A DNA stretch of 64,000 bases from Bispira polyomma. Taxonomy: Eukaryota. Every line of letters begins with the position of its first letter. Within the stretch, counting starts at the first letter, position 1. The stretch covers positions 32,426,001 through 32,490,000 of the forward strand of contig OZ287756.1 of the NCBI GenBank assembly GCA_965649765.1, given 5' to 3'. Made by a program: the position numbers and the translations under genes. Positions 48,949-61,699 of the stretch are shown piece by piece. The notes below the pieces were generated by a model. That model worked only from the letters and a program-made list of their open reading frames with translations, had not been told where the DNA came from and did not search any database.

Positions 48949-50150
48949 TTTTTACCCCACAGCCTATAAAGTCTGGGCGGGTATTGTTTTCATCCAATTT
49001 CGTCCGGCTAGGGGGGGCGGACGGCGACTGCTAACTTTGTTTGGGCTGTATCTCGGCAACTGTAAAGTGTAAGAAGTTCAAACTTGGCAGGGATGTTACT
49101 TAGGGAGTCTAGTTGTGCAACGTTATGGTCTGACCTCAGTTTGACCTTTCACCTTGCCCCTGTGACCTTGAAAATCTTGGCAACTGTAAGGTGGAACAAG
49201 TTCAAACTTGGAAGGGTTGTTCCTTTGGGGGTCTAGTTGTGTAACATCATCGGCTGACCTCGGTTTGACCTTTGACCTTGCCCCAGTGACCTTAGACTTG
49301 CAAATCTTGTCTGGGCTGTATCTCGGCAATCATAAGGTGGAACAAGTTCAAACTTGGCAGGTATGTTCCTTATGGGGTCTAGTTCTGCAATATCTCAGCT
49401 ATTGTGGGGCTGGAAAAACCCAAAAATTGTGTCCACACTTGTGTTTAAAAACTGTAGGCTAATAATTTGTGACTGTGGTTGTTTTTTGGTGAAACTCAGT
49501 AAAAATTGGTTCTGGTTCAGTTTTTGCTGTTGTATTAAATCCTATGGCACAATGTCCACACTTTTTCTTAGCATATACTGTTATCTAAATATTTCCAATA
49601 ACAGCATCGAGAACATACTGTCATCCTTACTCATAACGGATCGCTTATTTTCCAAATCATCAATCATCATGGGAGATTTTAACCTGGATCTCAAGACTAA
49701 TGCAAAAAATCTTGTCACCTTTTTAGAAACTGTAGGTTTTTCCTGGCATATTCGACAACATACCACAAACTTTAGAACCACCATTGACCACATCTTCACA
49801 CATATACCATCAATGATGTTTTCTACTAATACATTTGAGGCATCACAAAGCTATCTGGATTTCTGTAACTGATTATTATATCGGTAACCCACTAATACAT
49901 TATAAAGGTTCATAATTTTTTGCTGAAAAATGAGTGCTCTTATCTCACTACTGTATTGTTTATTTTATATATTGTCTAAACATACATTTTCTCTTACTGG
50001 AGTGTTTGCTGCTATACCTTTACATAACTTACACTTTGTCTATTGCCCATGACACATTACCAGTTGTACATTTTCACCTCTTCTGTATCTGCTGGTCTCT
50101 CTTACCATTTACCCAAGCTGTGGGGTACGGGCATCTCTGATGCTATTTTT
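48949..50150 (+). mobile_element. Non-autonomous Helentron-like element (HINE) with APE endonuclease remnant
   Basis: T-rich ends; subterminal IR taccccacagc 48953-48963 / gctgtggggta 50117-50127; 3' hairpin gcatc-tct-gatgc 50131-50143; internal tgacctt core repeats; IIMGDFN..HTTNFRTTIDHIF..HKAIWISV at ~49660-49870. Confidence 0.8.
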
Positions 50151-50399
50151 GTAGTGTTTTTTGTGTGTAAACAGCCTTCTGCTACTCTACTTGTCAAACA
50201 AGGTATACATGTGTGTCTTACATCCATCCTAGTGAGGTATCATCCAACTTTTCAACCCCAGCCTTGGCTCTTCTAAACTGTAAACCTATTATTCCCTCTA
50301 TGCTCCTTAGCCATGCTGCCAACATACAGCACAATGACTATAATAGCAGTGTACCATTGTACACCTGATTGGAGAGGGACTATTTAGTGTTTAGTACAT

Positions 50400-51110
50400 T
50401 CATTAAGCACACATTCTCCAGTCCTGCTGTGAGGAGTGATCTTGGGACTCTCTGATCGATCATAATAATAATACTAATTTCTAATGATGTATGTAGTTTA
50501 GTGAATCAGTGAAAACCCTTGGCGTATTCTTTGACTGGGGCTTAACAATAGAAAAAAGGTGAATGACATATCAAAATTATGCAACTACCAGATCCGAAAT
50601 ATGGGCCAAAACCCGAAATATATATTACAGAAGGTGACTGTAAAACAGTGGTTCAAGCATTGGTGATCTCTCGTCTGGATTATGGGAATGCATAAATCCA
50701 TGTTATTTCCAAGACACTCATCTACCGTCTTCAACTAATACAGAATTGTGCTGCTCACCTTGTAACACTTACAAGTAAGCAGGATCACATCACACCAGTT
50801 CTGTACAACTTGCATTGGCTTCCAGTAAAGTACAGGCCACAGTACAAGATCTTACTTTACACACTGTAAAGACTGGTTCTTGCATACCTTAGTGATCTTG
50901 TGCAAAGATATTAACCATCATGATCCCTACAATCTTAAACAAAAACTCAGCTAGTCATACCAAAAACACGCACTGCAACCTATGGCAACTGATGTTTTAA
51001 GCTACATTATGGAATGATTTGCCAGAAAATACCCAACATGCTAAGACCGTAGGGTCTTTCAAGTCTCAAATTAAAACACATCTTTTTATAACAGCTTATG
51101 AAATCTATAA
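50400..51110 (+). mobile_element. Decayed 3' end of an L2/CR1-group LINE (second copy ~52600-53230)
   Basis: ISRLDYGN, LQLIQNCAA, DHITPVLYNLHWLPVK and FKSQIKTHLF motifs. Confidence 0.85.
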
Positions 51111-54100
51111 AACTGTCAAAATAACTTAGAATAACAAATTTTAGATTTTTCTTGGTGAAATCCATAGCTCTAAAGTGGTGATTCCACTATCAAGTTCGAT
51201 TGGCAAAATGGGCCAGATTTAAAAGTAGGGGTGGTCGGGGTGAAAAGGGCAGGAAAAGAAAATGTGGGGCAACCTTGCAGATTGAACTGATTGCGTTGCC
51301 TTTTGACAGGACAATGAGCACAATCAGTCTTGAGGTACGTACTAAAACAGCCCCGTCCTCCCGGAAAAAAGGTTAGGATTAAACTTACTGGCCTGGAGTG
51401 AGATGATACCTATCAGACAGAATGTATTGACAATAAGATCAAACTTATTCACTGAAGACGACCTTCCTGTTTTTAGAGGTCCAGGACACAACTCGGGATT
51501 TTCACAAAATATCAAACATGTTTGATGTCCTTCCCGACCTTCCAGACCACCCCGTTTTCGCCCCGAGACTACCCCGGACACGTCCCTGACCTTAAAATCG
51601 GCAAGGTTGGGAACCGAATTGGCAATATGAAACCACTATTTTAGCAGGGTCGTGAAATTTTCATTAAGTACTGTTTTATAAAACAGTATATATTTATTGA
51701 ATATTGTAATGCGCTTTAGAGCATTTCTATGAATGGATAGGACGCTATATAAGTCTGGTATACAATATATTAAGAATCTGGTATTGATTAAGAGCCCATG
51801 CATTAATGTGGCATTATTTACACAAATATAAGGCTTGATGAATATTTTTACTTGACTCTTCTCCATTCCCATTGTTTGCTTACCGATTATTTTATTCCCA
51901 GTGTTTGCTTACCGATTATTGGATAAATTTAGCATTACAATGTATATATACATATGTATCTATAAAATATATGTTGGTAATACTGGTATTATTTGTCTCT
52001 TTTCTGTCATTCTTTATATATATAAAGAATGACAGAAAAGATATATATAAAGAATGGCTATGTCACTAATAATGATCAGTTGCACAATAATTATGTTATA
52101 GGATAGATGAAATGTAATACAAAAATACAAATAGGAATAGAAATGTGTAAAATTTTAAGTGAGAAGTATGCTGAAACTGTTAAAAAGATATAATAAAGTT
52201 GATGAATTTGAATTTGGATATTTAATGTCCACTCTAGTACCTTTTAGTAGGTTATATTGGGACGGGTAGTTGGAAATGCTGGAGGAAACACTGCATACAG
52301 TCAGTCAAGGTTCTGCACTGAAACCAGCGGCCCACAGTAAGGAATTTGAATTTGGATGTTTAACGTTCACTCTAGTACATCTTAGTAGGTTATATTGGGA
52401 CGGGTAGTTGGAAACGCTGGAGGAAACACTGCATACAGTCGGTCAAGGTTCTGCAGAGAAAGCAGCGGCCCACAGTAAGGAACTACCACCTTTCCCACAT
52501 AGGCATCGACAGGATTCGAACTCACGCCGCCCAGAGGTGAGAGACCAGTGATTGTGAAGCGCAATGCTTGCTAACCACTAGGCCACCGTGACTAATTTCT
52601 AATGATGTATGTAGTTTAGTGAATCAGTGAAAACCCTTGGCGTATTCTTTGACTGGGGCTTAACAATAGAAAAAAGGTGAATGACATATCAAAATTATGC
52701 AACTACCAGATCCGAAATATGGGCCAAAACCCGAAATATATATTACAGAAGGTGACTGTAAAACAGTGGTTCAAGCATTGGTGATCTCTCGTCTGGATTA
52801 TGGGAATGCATAAATCCATGTTATTTCCAAGACACTCATCTACCGTCTTCAACTAATACAGAATTGTGCTGCTCACCTTGTAACACTTACAAGTAAGCAG
52901 GATCACATCACACCAGTTCTGTACAACTTGCATTGGCTTCCAGTAAAGTACAAGCCACAGTACAAGATCTTACTTTACACACTGTAAAGACTGGTTCTTG
53001 CATACCTTAGTGATCTTGTGCAAAGATATTAACCATCATGATCCCTACAATCTTAAACAAAAACTCAGCTAGTCATACCAAAAACACGCACTGCAACCTA
53101 TGGCAACTGATGTTTTAAGCTACATTATGGAATGATTTGCCAGAAAATACCCAACATGCTAAGACCGTAGGGTCTTTCAAGTCTCAAATTAAAACACATC
53201 TTTTTATAACAGCTTATGAAATCTATAAAACTGTCAAAATAACTTAGAATAACAAATTTTAGATTTTTCTTGGTGAAATCCATAGCTCTAAAGTGGTGAT
53301 TCCACTATCAAGTTCGATTGGCAAAATGGGCCAGATTTAAAAGTAGGGGTGGTCGGGGTGAAAAGGGCAGGAAAAGAAAATGTGGGGCAACCTTGCAGAT
53401 TGAACTGATTGCGTCGCCTTTTGACAGGACAATGAGCACAATCAGTCTTGAGGTACGTACTAAAACAGCCCCGTCCTCCCGGAAAAAAGGTTAGGATTAA
53501 ACTTACTGGTCTGGAGTGAGATGATACCTATCAGACAGAATGTATTGACAATAAGATCAAACTTATTCACTGAAAACGACCTTCCTGTTTTAAGAGGTCC
53601 AGGACACAACTCGGGATTTTCACAAAATATCAAACATGTTTGATGTCCTTCCCGACCTTCCAGACCACCCCGTTTTCGCCCCGGGACTACCCTGGACACG
53701 TCCCTGACCTTAAAATCGGCAAGGTTGGGAACCGAATTGGCAATATGAAACCACTATTTTAGCAGGGTCGTGAAATTTTCATTAAGTACTGTTTTATAAA
53801 ACAGTATATATTTATTGAATATTGTAATGCGCTTTAGAGCATTTCTATGAATGGATAGGACGCTATATAAGTCTGGTATACAATATATTAAGAATCTGGT
53901 ATTGATTAAGAGCCCATGCATTAATGTGGCATTATTTACACAAATATAAGGCTTGATGAATTTTTTTACTTGACTCTTCTCCATTCCCATTGTTTGCTTA
54001 CCGATTATTTTATTCCCAGTGTTTGCTTACCGATTATTGGATAAATTTAGCATTACAATGTATATATACATATGTATCTATAAAATATATGTTGGTAATA

Positions 54101-55595
54101 CTGGTATTATTTGTCTCTTTTCTGTCATTCTTTATATATATAAAGAATGACAGAAAAGATATATATAAAGAATGGCTATGTCACTAATAATGATCAGTTG
54201 CACAATAATTATGTTATAGGATAGATGAAATGTAATACAAAAATACAAATAGGAATAGAAATGTGTAAAATTTTAAGTGAGAAGTATGCTGAAACTTTTA
54301 AAAAGATATAATAAAGTTGATGAATTTGAATTTGAATTTGGATATTTAATGTCCACTCTAGTACCTTTTAGTAGGTTATATTGGGACGGGTAGTTGGAAA
54401 TGCTGGAGGAAACACTGCATACAGTCGGTCAAGGTTCTGCACTGAAACCAGCGGCCCACAGTAAGGAATTTGAATTTGAATTTGGATGTTTAACGTCCAC
54501 TCTAGTACATCTTAGTAGGTTATATTGGGACGGGAAGTTGGAAACGATGGAGGAAACACTGCATACAGTCGGTCAAGGTTCTGCAGAGAAAGCAGCGGCC
54601 CACAGTAAGGAACTACCACCTTTCCCACATAGGCATCGACGGGATTCGAACTCACGCCGCCCAGAGGTGAGAGACCAGTGATTGTGAAGCGCAATGCTTG
54701 CTAACCACCCCGGACACGTCCCTGACCTTAAAATCGGCAAGGTTGGGAACCGAATTGGCAATATGAAACCACTATTTTAGCAGGGTCGTGAAATTTTCAT
54801 TAAGTACTGTTTTATAAAACAGTATATATTTATTGTATATTGTAATGCGCTTTAGAGCATTTCTATGAATGGATAGGGCGCTATATAAGTCTGGTATACA
54901 ATATATTAAGAATCTGGTATTAATTAAGAGCCCATGCATTAATGTGGCATTATTTACACAAATATAAGGCTTGATGAATTTTTTTACTTGACTCTTCTCC
55001 ATTCCCATTGTTTGCTTACCGATTATTTTATTCCCAGTGTTTGCTTACTGATTATTGGATAACTTTAGCATTACAATGTATATATACATATGTATCTATA
55101 AAATATATGTTGGTAATACTGGTATTATTTGTCTCTTTTCTGTCATTCTTTATATATATAAAGAATGACAGAAAAGATATATATAAAGAATGGCTATGTC
55201 ACTAATAATGATCAGTTGCACAATAATTATGTTATAGGATAGATGAAATGTAATACAAAAATACAAATAGGAATAGAAATGTGTAAAATTTTAAGTGAGA
55301 AGTATGCTGAAACTGTTAAAAAGATATAATAAAGTTGATGAATTTGAATTTGAATTTGGATATTTAACGTCCACTCTAGTACCTTTTAGTAGGTTATATT
55401 GGGATGGGTAGTTGGAAATGCTGGAGGAAACACTGCATACAGTCGGTCAAGGTTCTGCAGAGAAAGCAGCGGCCCACAGTAAGGAACTACCACCTTTATC
55501 ACATAGGCATCGACGGGATTCGAACTCACGCCGCCCAGAGGTGAGAGACCAGTGATTGTGAAGCGCAATGCTTGCTAACCACTAGGCCACCGTGA
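50473..55595. repeat. Tandem duplication of a ~2118-bp unit (50473-52590, 52591-54707) plus a partial third copy (54707-55595)
   Basis: Near-identical sequence restarts at 52591 (actaatttctaatg) and again at 54707 (matching 51571); duplicated ORFs in the track. Confidence 0.95.
52205..52590 (-). mobile_element. S1 SINE nested in another S1 SINE (also 54323-54707 and 55341-55735)
   Basis: Outer 3' part followed by a full inner copy; outer 5' part at 55609-55735; inner TSD cccacagtaagga; outer TSD aataaag(t/a)tgatg at 55328-55340 / 55736-55748. Confidence 0.85.
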
Positions 55596-55742
55596 CCCCC
55601 CCCCCCCCCCCACAGTAAGGAACTACCACCTTTCCGACATAGGCATCGACGGGATTCGAACTCACGCCGCCCAGAGGTGAGAGACCAGTGATTGTGAAGC
55701 GCAATGCTTGCTAACCACTAGGTTACCGCGGCCCCAATAAAG

Positions 55743-56155
55743 ATGATGGTATAATTATATGTATATATATGTGCTTAAATGCCATGTAATTATATCTTTC
55801 ACCAGAAAGTCTCTGTTGGATATACAGAAAAATATGTATCAAGTGTAATTTAATAAAATTACATTCATAAGAACTAGATGATGAAACATTGTAGTCCACC
55901 AAACATTTAGGTGTCTGTGCGTCATGGAATCAGACTGATTAACATGATAATCAGTCTCAAACAGAAGATTCCATGACGCACAGACACCTAAATGTTTGGT
56001 GGACTACAATGTTTCATCATCTAGTTCTTATGAATGTTATTTTATTAAATTACACTTGATACATATTTTTCTGTATATCCAACAGAGACTTTCTGGTGAA
56101 AGATATAATTACATGGCATTTAAGCACACATATATACATATAATTATACCATCAT
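55743..56155. repeat. Long inverted repeat: 189-bp arms (2 mismatches), 35-nt loop containing a 10-bp hairpin
   Basis: 55743-55931 is the reverse complement of 55967-56155; loop agactgatta-acatga-taatcagtct. Confidence 0.95.
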
Positions 56156-56762
56156 GTGAACTGGTAAATTCCGAATGTTGCTGTTAATGTTTTATAGGTT
56201 TGTTTATATTAGAGTCTTGATCATGTGACTTTTTTTATGCATACGTCCGTTGCTACATATTGAAAGGTGTATGACTAATGGTTTTCTGATGGGAATAGAA
56301 AAAAATGTATATTTTTATATATATTATTATATATATATATATGTTGTGATAGAAATTCCAATCTGACAAGAGTTGAAAAACTCCAATTGTAGTTTAATCA
56401 TCACTATGCGCCTGAATAACCATGACTTGAAACTCAAAACATTGTTAAAATTTGAAATCTAAGTAAAAGACAACAAGGAATAAAAACACATATTTTATTA
56501 AGATCAAATTCATTATAATAAACAGGTGACAACTCTAATACATAATACATGGTAAAAAGCATAATAGCAAGGATAAATAAGTGCTCAGTATTGAACTGCT
56601 CTAGAAGATTATCTTTAGTTAAAAAGTTAATCCAAGTCATTAAATAACCTTTGATGAACTTAAAAAAGACTGTTATTCCTATATCTTTAATTATATTAAG
56701 AAAAGAATATATTTTAAAGCCAATCAGTCAAATGAAAAAACATTTTTTAAGGACACTATCCA

Positions 56763-56766
<4 letters not shown>

Positions 56767-56813
<47 letters not shown>
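56767..56813. repeat. (AT)n microsatellite
   Basis: Seen directly. Confidence 0.97.
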
Positions 56814-56817
<4 letters not shown>

Positions 56818-57780
56818 TTACTTTTCGTCCTTACAAATATTATCTATATAAGACATTATCATTTTTAGTAAGTCTGCAGATAATAAAATTGTGTTGTTTT
56901 TATTTTTGATATTAACCACAAAAAAAAACACCTCAAATTATGAAGTTTTATATGTGGTTTACCATAGGAATTTGTAAAATATATATATATATATATATTG
57001 GTACTATCAATAGTAGATAATACCACAATTTGCAGGAGTCAGAGTCAAGTGTATAACCCCTACAGCACTGAGGACACCTGCAGGTTATTCTATACAGAAA
57101 TTTGAGTTCAAAAATATATGAATTGTAAACCTATTTTTAGAAATTTTGAAGAATGTGTGAATTTTAGTTGATATTTTAGCTTATAAATATTAAGAAATAT
57201 GTTTGATCTTCATTATAATATCTAGTATGTTATTATTTGCAGCATTACAAATTATAATAATCTAAATAAATCCACTTGTTCTTGTCTAAAATCTCTTATC
57301 TTCAAAATTTATAAAATTGAAAAAATTTAAACATTGCATTTCAAATAAGAGGTGTTATGTGTAAGATATACCATGGAAATAGCAATCTAATTTTCTCTAA
57401 AATTTAAATATCCGTTGTAACAATGCCACTTTGCTATGTTCATTTATCACATGACTGGATCACTGATTCTGATGTTGCGCTTTAGAAGATGCCCAGCGTC
57501 AATAAAGCGTTGTAAAAATGCATAATAGTAATTACCTGTCTAAATAATTGCGTTTTAATAAATATGTACATGTCAAAATAGTCCATTTACCTACATTAAC
57601 AAAATTCACAATGATGTCAGATATAAAAACACAAACTGTCCTGGAAGCTCATCGAATTGACAGCTGCATGATTTAATATCACATCTTGTGTATTGCATAA
57701 TCAAATTCAACGAATTCTCTTAATATTCCTCTTGAAGAAATTAAGTATAGGTAATAGTTTCCTATTTAAAGATAAATTAC

Positions 57781-57945
57781 TGTGCAGTTGATCAAGGTTC
57801 TGCACTGAAACCAGCGGCCCAGCGTAAGGAACTACCACCTTTCCCACATAGACATCAACGGGAGTTGAACTCACGCCGCTCAGAGGTGAGAGACTAGTGA
57901 TTAGTGATGCGCAGTGCTTGCTAACCACTAGGCCACTGCGGCCCC
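57781..57945 (-). mobile_element. S1 SINE, 3' part missing
   Basis: Matches the S1 head and core. Confidence 0.85.
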
Positions 57946-59715
57946 CCCACCCAGCTCAAGAAGGAATCCAGAGAAGTAAGATAAAGGTCCCTCAATGTAT
58001 ATGACAGTTTTGACGAATACAATATATCTACATATTCGGAAAAGCAAAGACTACGTTTTAGAGTTACTACATCTATGTACATTTTCTGGTTAATCAGTTT
58101 ACATGCATTACATTTAGGGTATTTTACATGAAGTCAAGTTTACATTAAATTTATATGGATACACATTTTTTTGACAGTTTCTGATGAGGCATCTTTTGTC
58201 TGACGGGCTGAAGTTGAAGTTAAAACCACACAATAATGAACCTTCGTTTGTATGTAAGTTCATTCACTTTACATTACTTGATGCTTCCAGTATCTACTGG
58301 ATCATTTGATAGTAACTTTATTTCTAGAACTCTCCTGTAGAATAGAACCATGAATGTATGGTAGTTGTATTTGTAACATGGTCTGAAGACACACATAAAT
58401 GTAACTGAACGTCTTTCTATATATATATTTTTTACAATTAAAATTTTTAAGACGATACCTCATGGAATTCTAGGCTACGGCGCCCTTCACCATGTGAAGG
58501 GAGCAATGACCCTTGCCGCTGGTTACTACAGGGTGGGTTAACACCAAGTCTGGTTGCTTTCTCATTAACTAGCTGTTAACTCTCCTACCCTTACGACCTT
58601 GCTAGACACATGGACTTTACGATTGAATCACTGATTCTGCTGTTGCGCTTTAGAAGATGTCTATCATTAATAAAGCATGTTAAAAATGCATAATAATAAT
58701 AGTAAAAGTTATAGAAGAATAGGGACAGACACTTGTGCTTGCCTTTTTTATACCGAGTTTTTTGTCCTCTTTGATTTCTACTGATGGTAAGCACAGTGAG
58801 GTAACAGTCACACATCAATAAAACATGGCTGTGTCAGCGGCAGAGAACTCGGTCTAGCCGTTTTTGTGTGTAGAATTGTGAAATAATTGGGTGAAATGCC
58901 CCATCTGTCGGTAACAATCACAGATGACCAGCGTTATGATCCCAGGTATACGCAGATATATAGTGACTCGGACTACCACTTAAAATGGCTGCCTCGGTCA
59001 ATGTGGACAAGTACTCATCTGAAAGCCTCTTTTTTCAGTTAGAGTTTCCCATGCTTGACCATATTTTTGGTTTCTCATAAACGTTTATGTCAGTGTGGTT
59101 GACATAGAACTAAAAAGGCCCGATGACTTTACTTGAAGAGTCAAGAAAAAAAGGTTAATTGGTGCTTTGAATACCAGACAAACTCACTCTGTATCAATTT
59201 TAAATGTTAATACCATGACAACAAACTAATAGTGTCCTAAGATACTATTATGTTTTCTCGACACCTGAACATAGACATGCACACCATAGTGCAATTGACA
59301 CTTTCAAAAAAGTTTTTGGTATTTGGAACACAGCAACAAAATTGATCTGTCCAACCAGACATACCGTTTCTTACACTAACAAGGTAGTTACACATACAGA
59401 ATGATCATCAATGCATTTAGACAGAATCAAATATTCTGATTGCATTAATCTACATATAGTTTACATATAGGCATTTTTCAAGTGTTTTAATTTTTAATTG
59501 CATGGTTGCATGGAGTAAACATATAGGTCCATCTTGTCTATATATTATGTAAAAAGCAACCTTTTTGCTTTTATTATTGCCTATGTAATATTCCAAATGT
59601 CATGCCAATATGTATGCACCATTTGGAGTTAAGCAATATTAATCTTTGGAAGACAGAACTGTTGGACCTCTTTAAGAAATTGTATGCAAAATGTTTTTAT
59701 GTTTGACTATTGCAG

Positions 59716-60123
59716 AAAAAACTATGGAAGTTTTGCGGCATAGTAGTTTGCACATGCTGGCTATACCTCATGGTAGGTAGTCTTTGGACAGATGGGGTAA
59801 AACGTCATACCAAGCTTTACCAAGCTCTTTATAGGCAGTACCAAACTTCAGCTCCAGGAGATTTCAGTTGGCAGACACAGAATTCCTTACTAAATGATGT
59901 AAAACAAAACACAACAGAAAATTTCACGGCGATCTACAAGTCTTCATTTGAAGATGAAAAAATGAACAAAAGAAATCCCAATAGTTCCATTATTTATACT
60001 GAGTCTCCTTTGGGCTGTGGACTGAAACATGTGTCTGTTGCAGAAAGTCTTGGCACACCCCTATTGGACGTAAATATGGCAAAGCACAATGAATACCTCA
60101 TATACAATCCTTACAAGCTGCAA
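59716..60123 (+). CDS. TM/stem exon of a second CHST15-like paralog; catalytic exons lie beyond the window
   Basis: ttgcag| phase 0 ... |gtaagt; KKLWKFCGIVVCTCWLYLMV TM segment; ends GCGL..YLIYNPYKLQ| like the first gene's exon 2 (ACSL..YMVHNPNDLN|). Possible ATG micro-exon 58896-58910 (MPHLS) is weak. Confidence 0.65.
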
Positions 60124-61699
60124 GTAAGTAGCACCTTCTGAAATATTGTATATTGTTGAGTTGATCATCATTTTAATAGATCAATAACTATTATAAAATA
60201 ACAATGTTGTGTGTTTCCATAACCAATTTTTTGTATGTACATATTTTGTAGATTCATGGTTTTATAGCCTCTTGAGTACTTTTATTACGGCATTAGAAAA
60301 ACCCAAAACTTTATATGTGTATAGACATGCCTACTTTTACCTACTAATTGAATGGTAGTCAAACTTAATTATCTTTGAAAGTTTGAACTTGTATTGGTTT
60401 ATTTACCAAAAAATAGCCAATAATGAAAAATAATTCTGGTAAAGTAAAATTTTAAATTAGTGAAACATTTGCACAATTTTCTTTCTTAACATTTTAGCAA
60501 CAATTGTTCTAGAAACATGGATTGAATTTGAAAAACTAAAATTGCAGTATTAGATCAGATAGTGATAAATCCATGCTAACATCAAATATTAATTCGTCAA
60601 GTAGTGTATGTATACTATTAGCAAAAAAGATTAAGATGGGTCATGCTAATTATTTTATTTATGACACAACTTAAAAACCCAAACAAGTGTTACTCTAAAA
60701 AAATATAACAGAGACTTTGTGCATGTTTCTCTTTATTAAGTTGATGTAAAATAATAAAAAAAACAAATAGAGCACATCCAAACTATAATATACAGCATCA
60801 TAATTTTCAAAATATTTTTCTTTATATAGAGTGAACAGAAAAATCACACTTTATTGATTAATGATAAATGCTGGTTAACATTAGCATACCATAGCTTGAT
60901 ACATAGGACAGCAACCTGGCCATGCCCAGAAATGTGATGAATGTTTTTTGTGCGTCTTAAGATTTGTTTTTGCATTATGTATTGCATTGTCCAAAGTCCC
61001 GGTGACAGGTTTCCTAACCCCTTTAATCTGCAAAATTCTTTTTATATATAAGCCTCTTGGCAATAGCAATGTAATTATTATTATGATGATGATGCATTTT
61101 TAACACACTTTATTGATGCTAGGCATTTACTAAAGCGCAACAGCAGAATCAGTGATCCAATCGTCTGATCCATGGACAAAGCAAGGAATTATTTTTATTA
61201 TCCACTTATATTAGAAATGCTAGACATGTGATGTTATTCTATTGTTGTAATGAAAGTAAGATTTAGAACACCCTAAAATGAGGATTTGTACACCGTGAGA
61301 TATGGTAACGTTTATATTTAATAAATTTTTGTGAAGTTAAGTATGAATGGAATGGGTATATTAAAATAATAATACCCATTCAAAACATGTGGAACTCTAA
61401 TACATTAAAAAAGAGTTTCGACGTCACACACACAAATGTACCCACACTGAGGATACATATAAGTACATGTATAAGCAAAGCTGCCTACATGTAAGCAAAT
61501 TGAAGATAATGTAGCTTGTGGAACACTACTAAAACTTTACTCAGATAATATAAAAGTAGAGAATCCTACATAGTGGAGGTGGATATGTATAAAACATACA
61601 TATCCACAATAAACCAACATGTAAATTAAGACTAGTGTTTACATGTATACTACAGTAGGGGCAGTTGAATAATCCAATCACAAGTTTGAATGTCTTTGT

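Noticed and set aside
51174-51638. Possible MITE with long TIRs inside the duplicated unit
   Set aside because: Inverted similarity is too degenerate and no TSD could be established.
56651-56851. ORF with IYIYIY run
   Set aside because: Translation of the (AT)n microsatellite.
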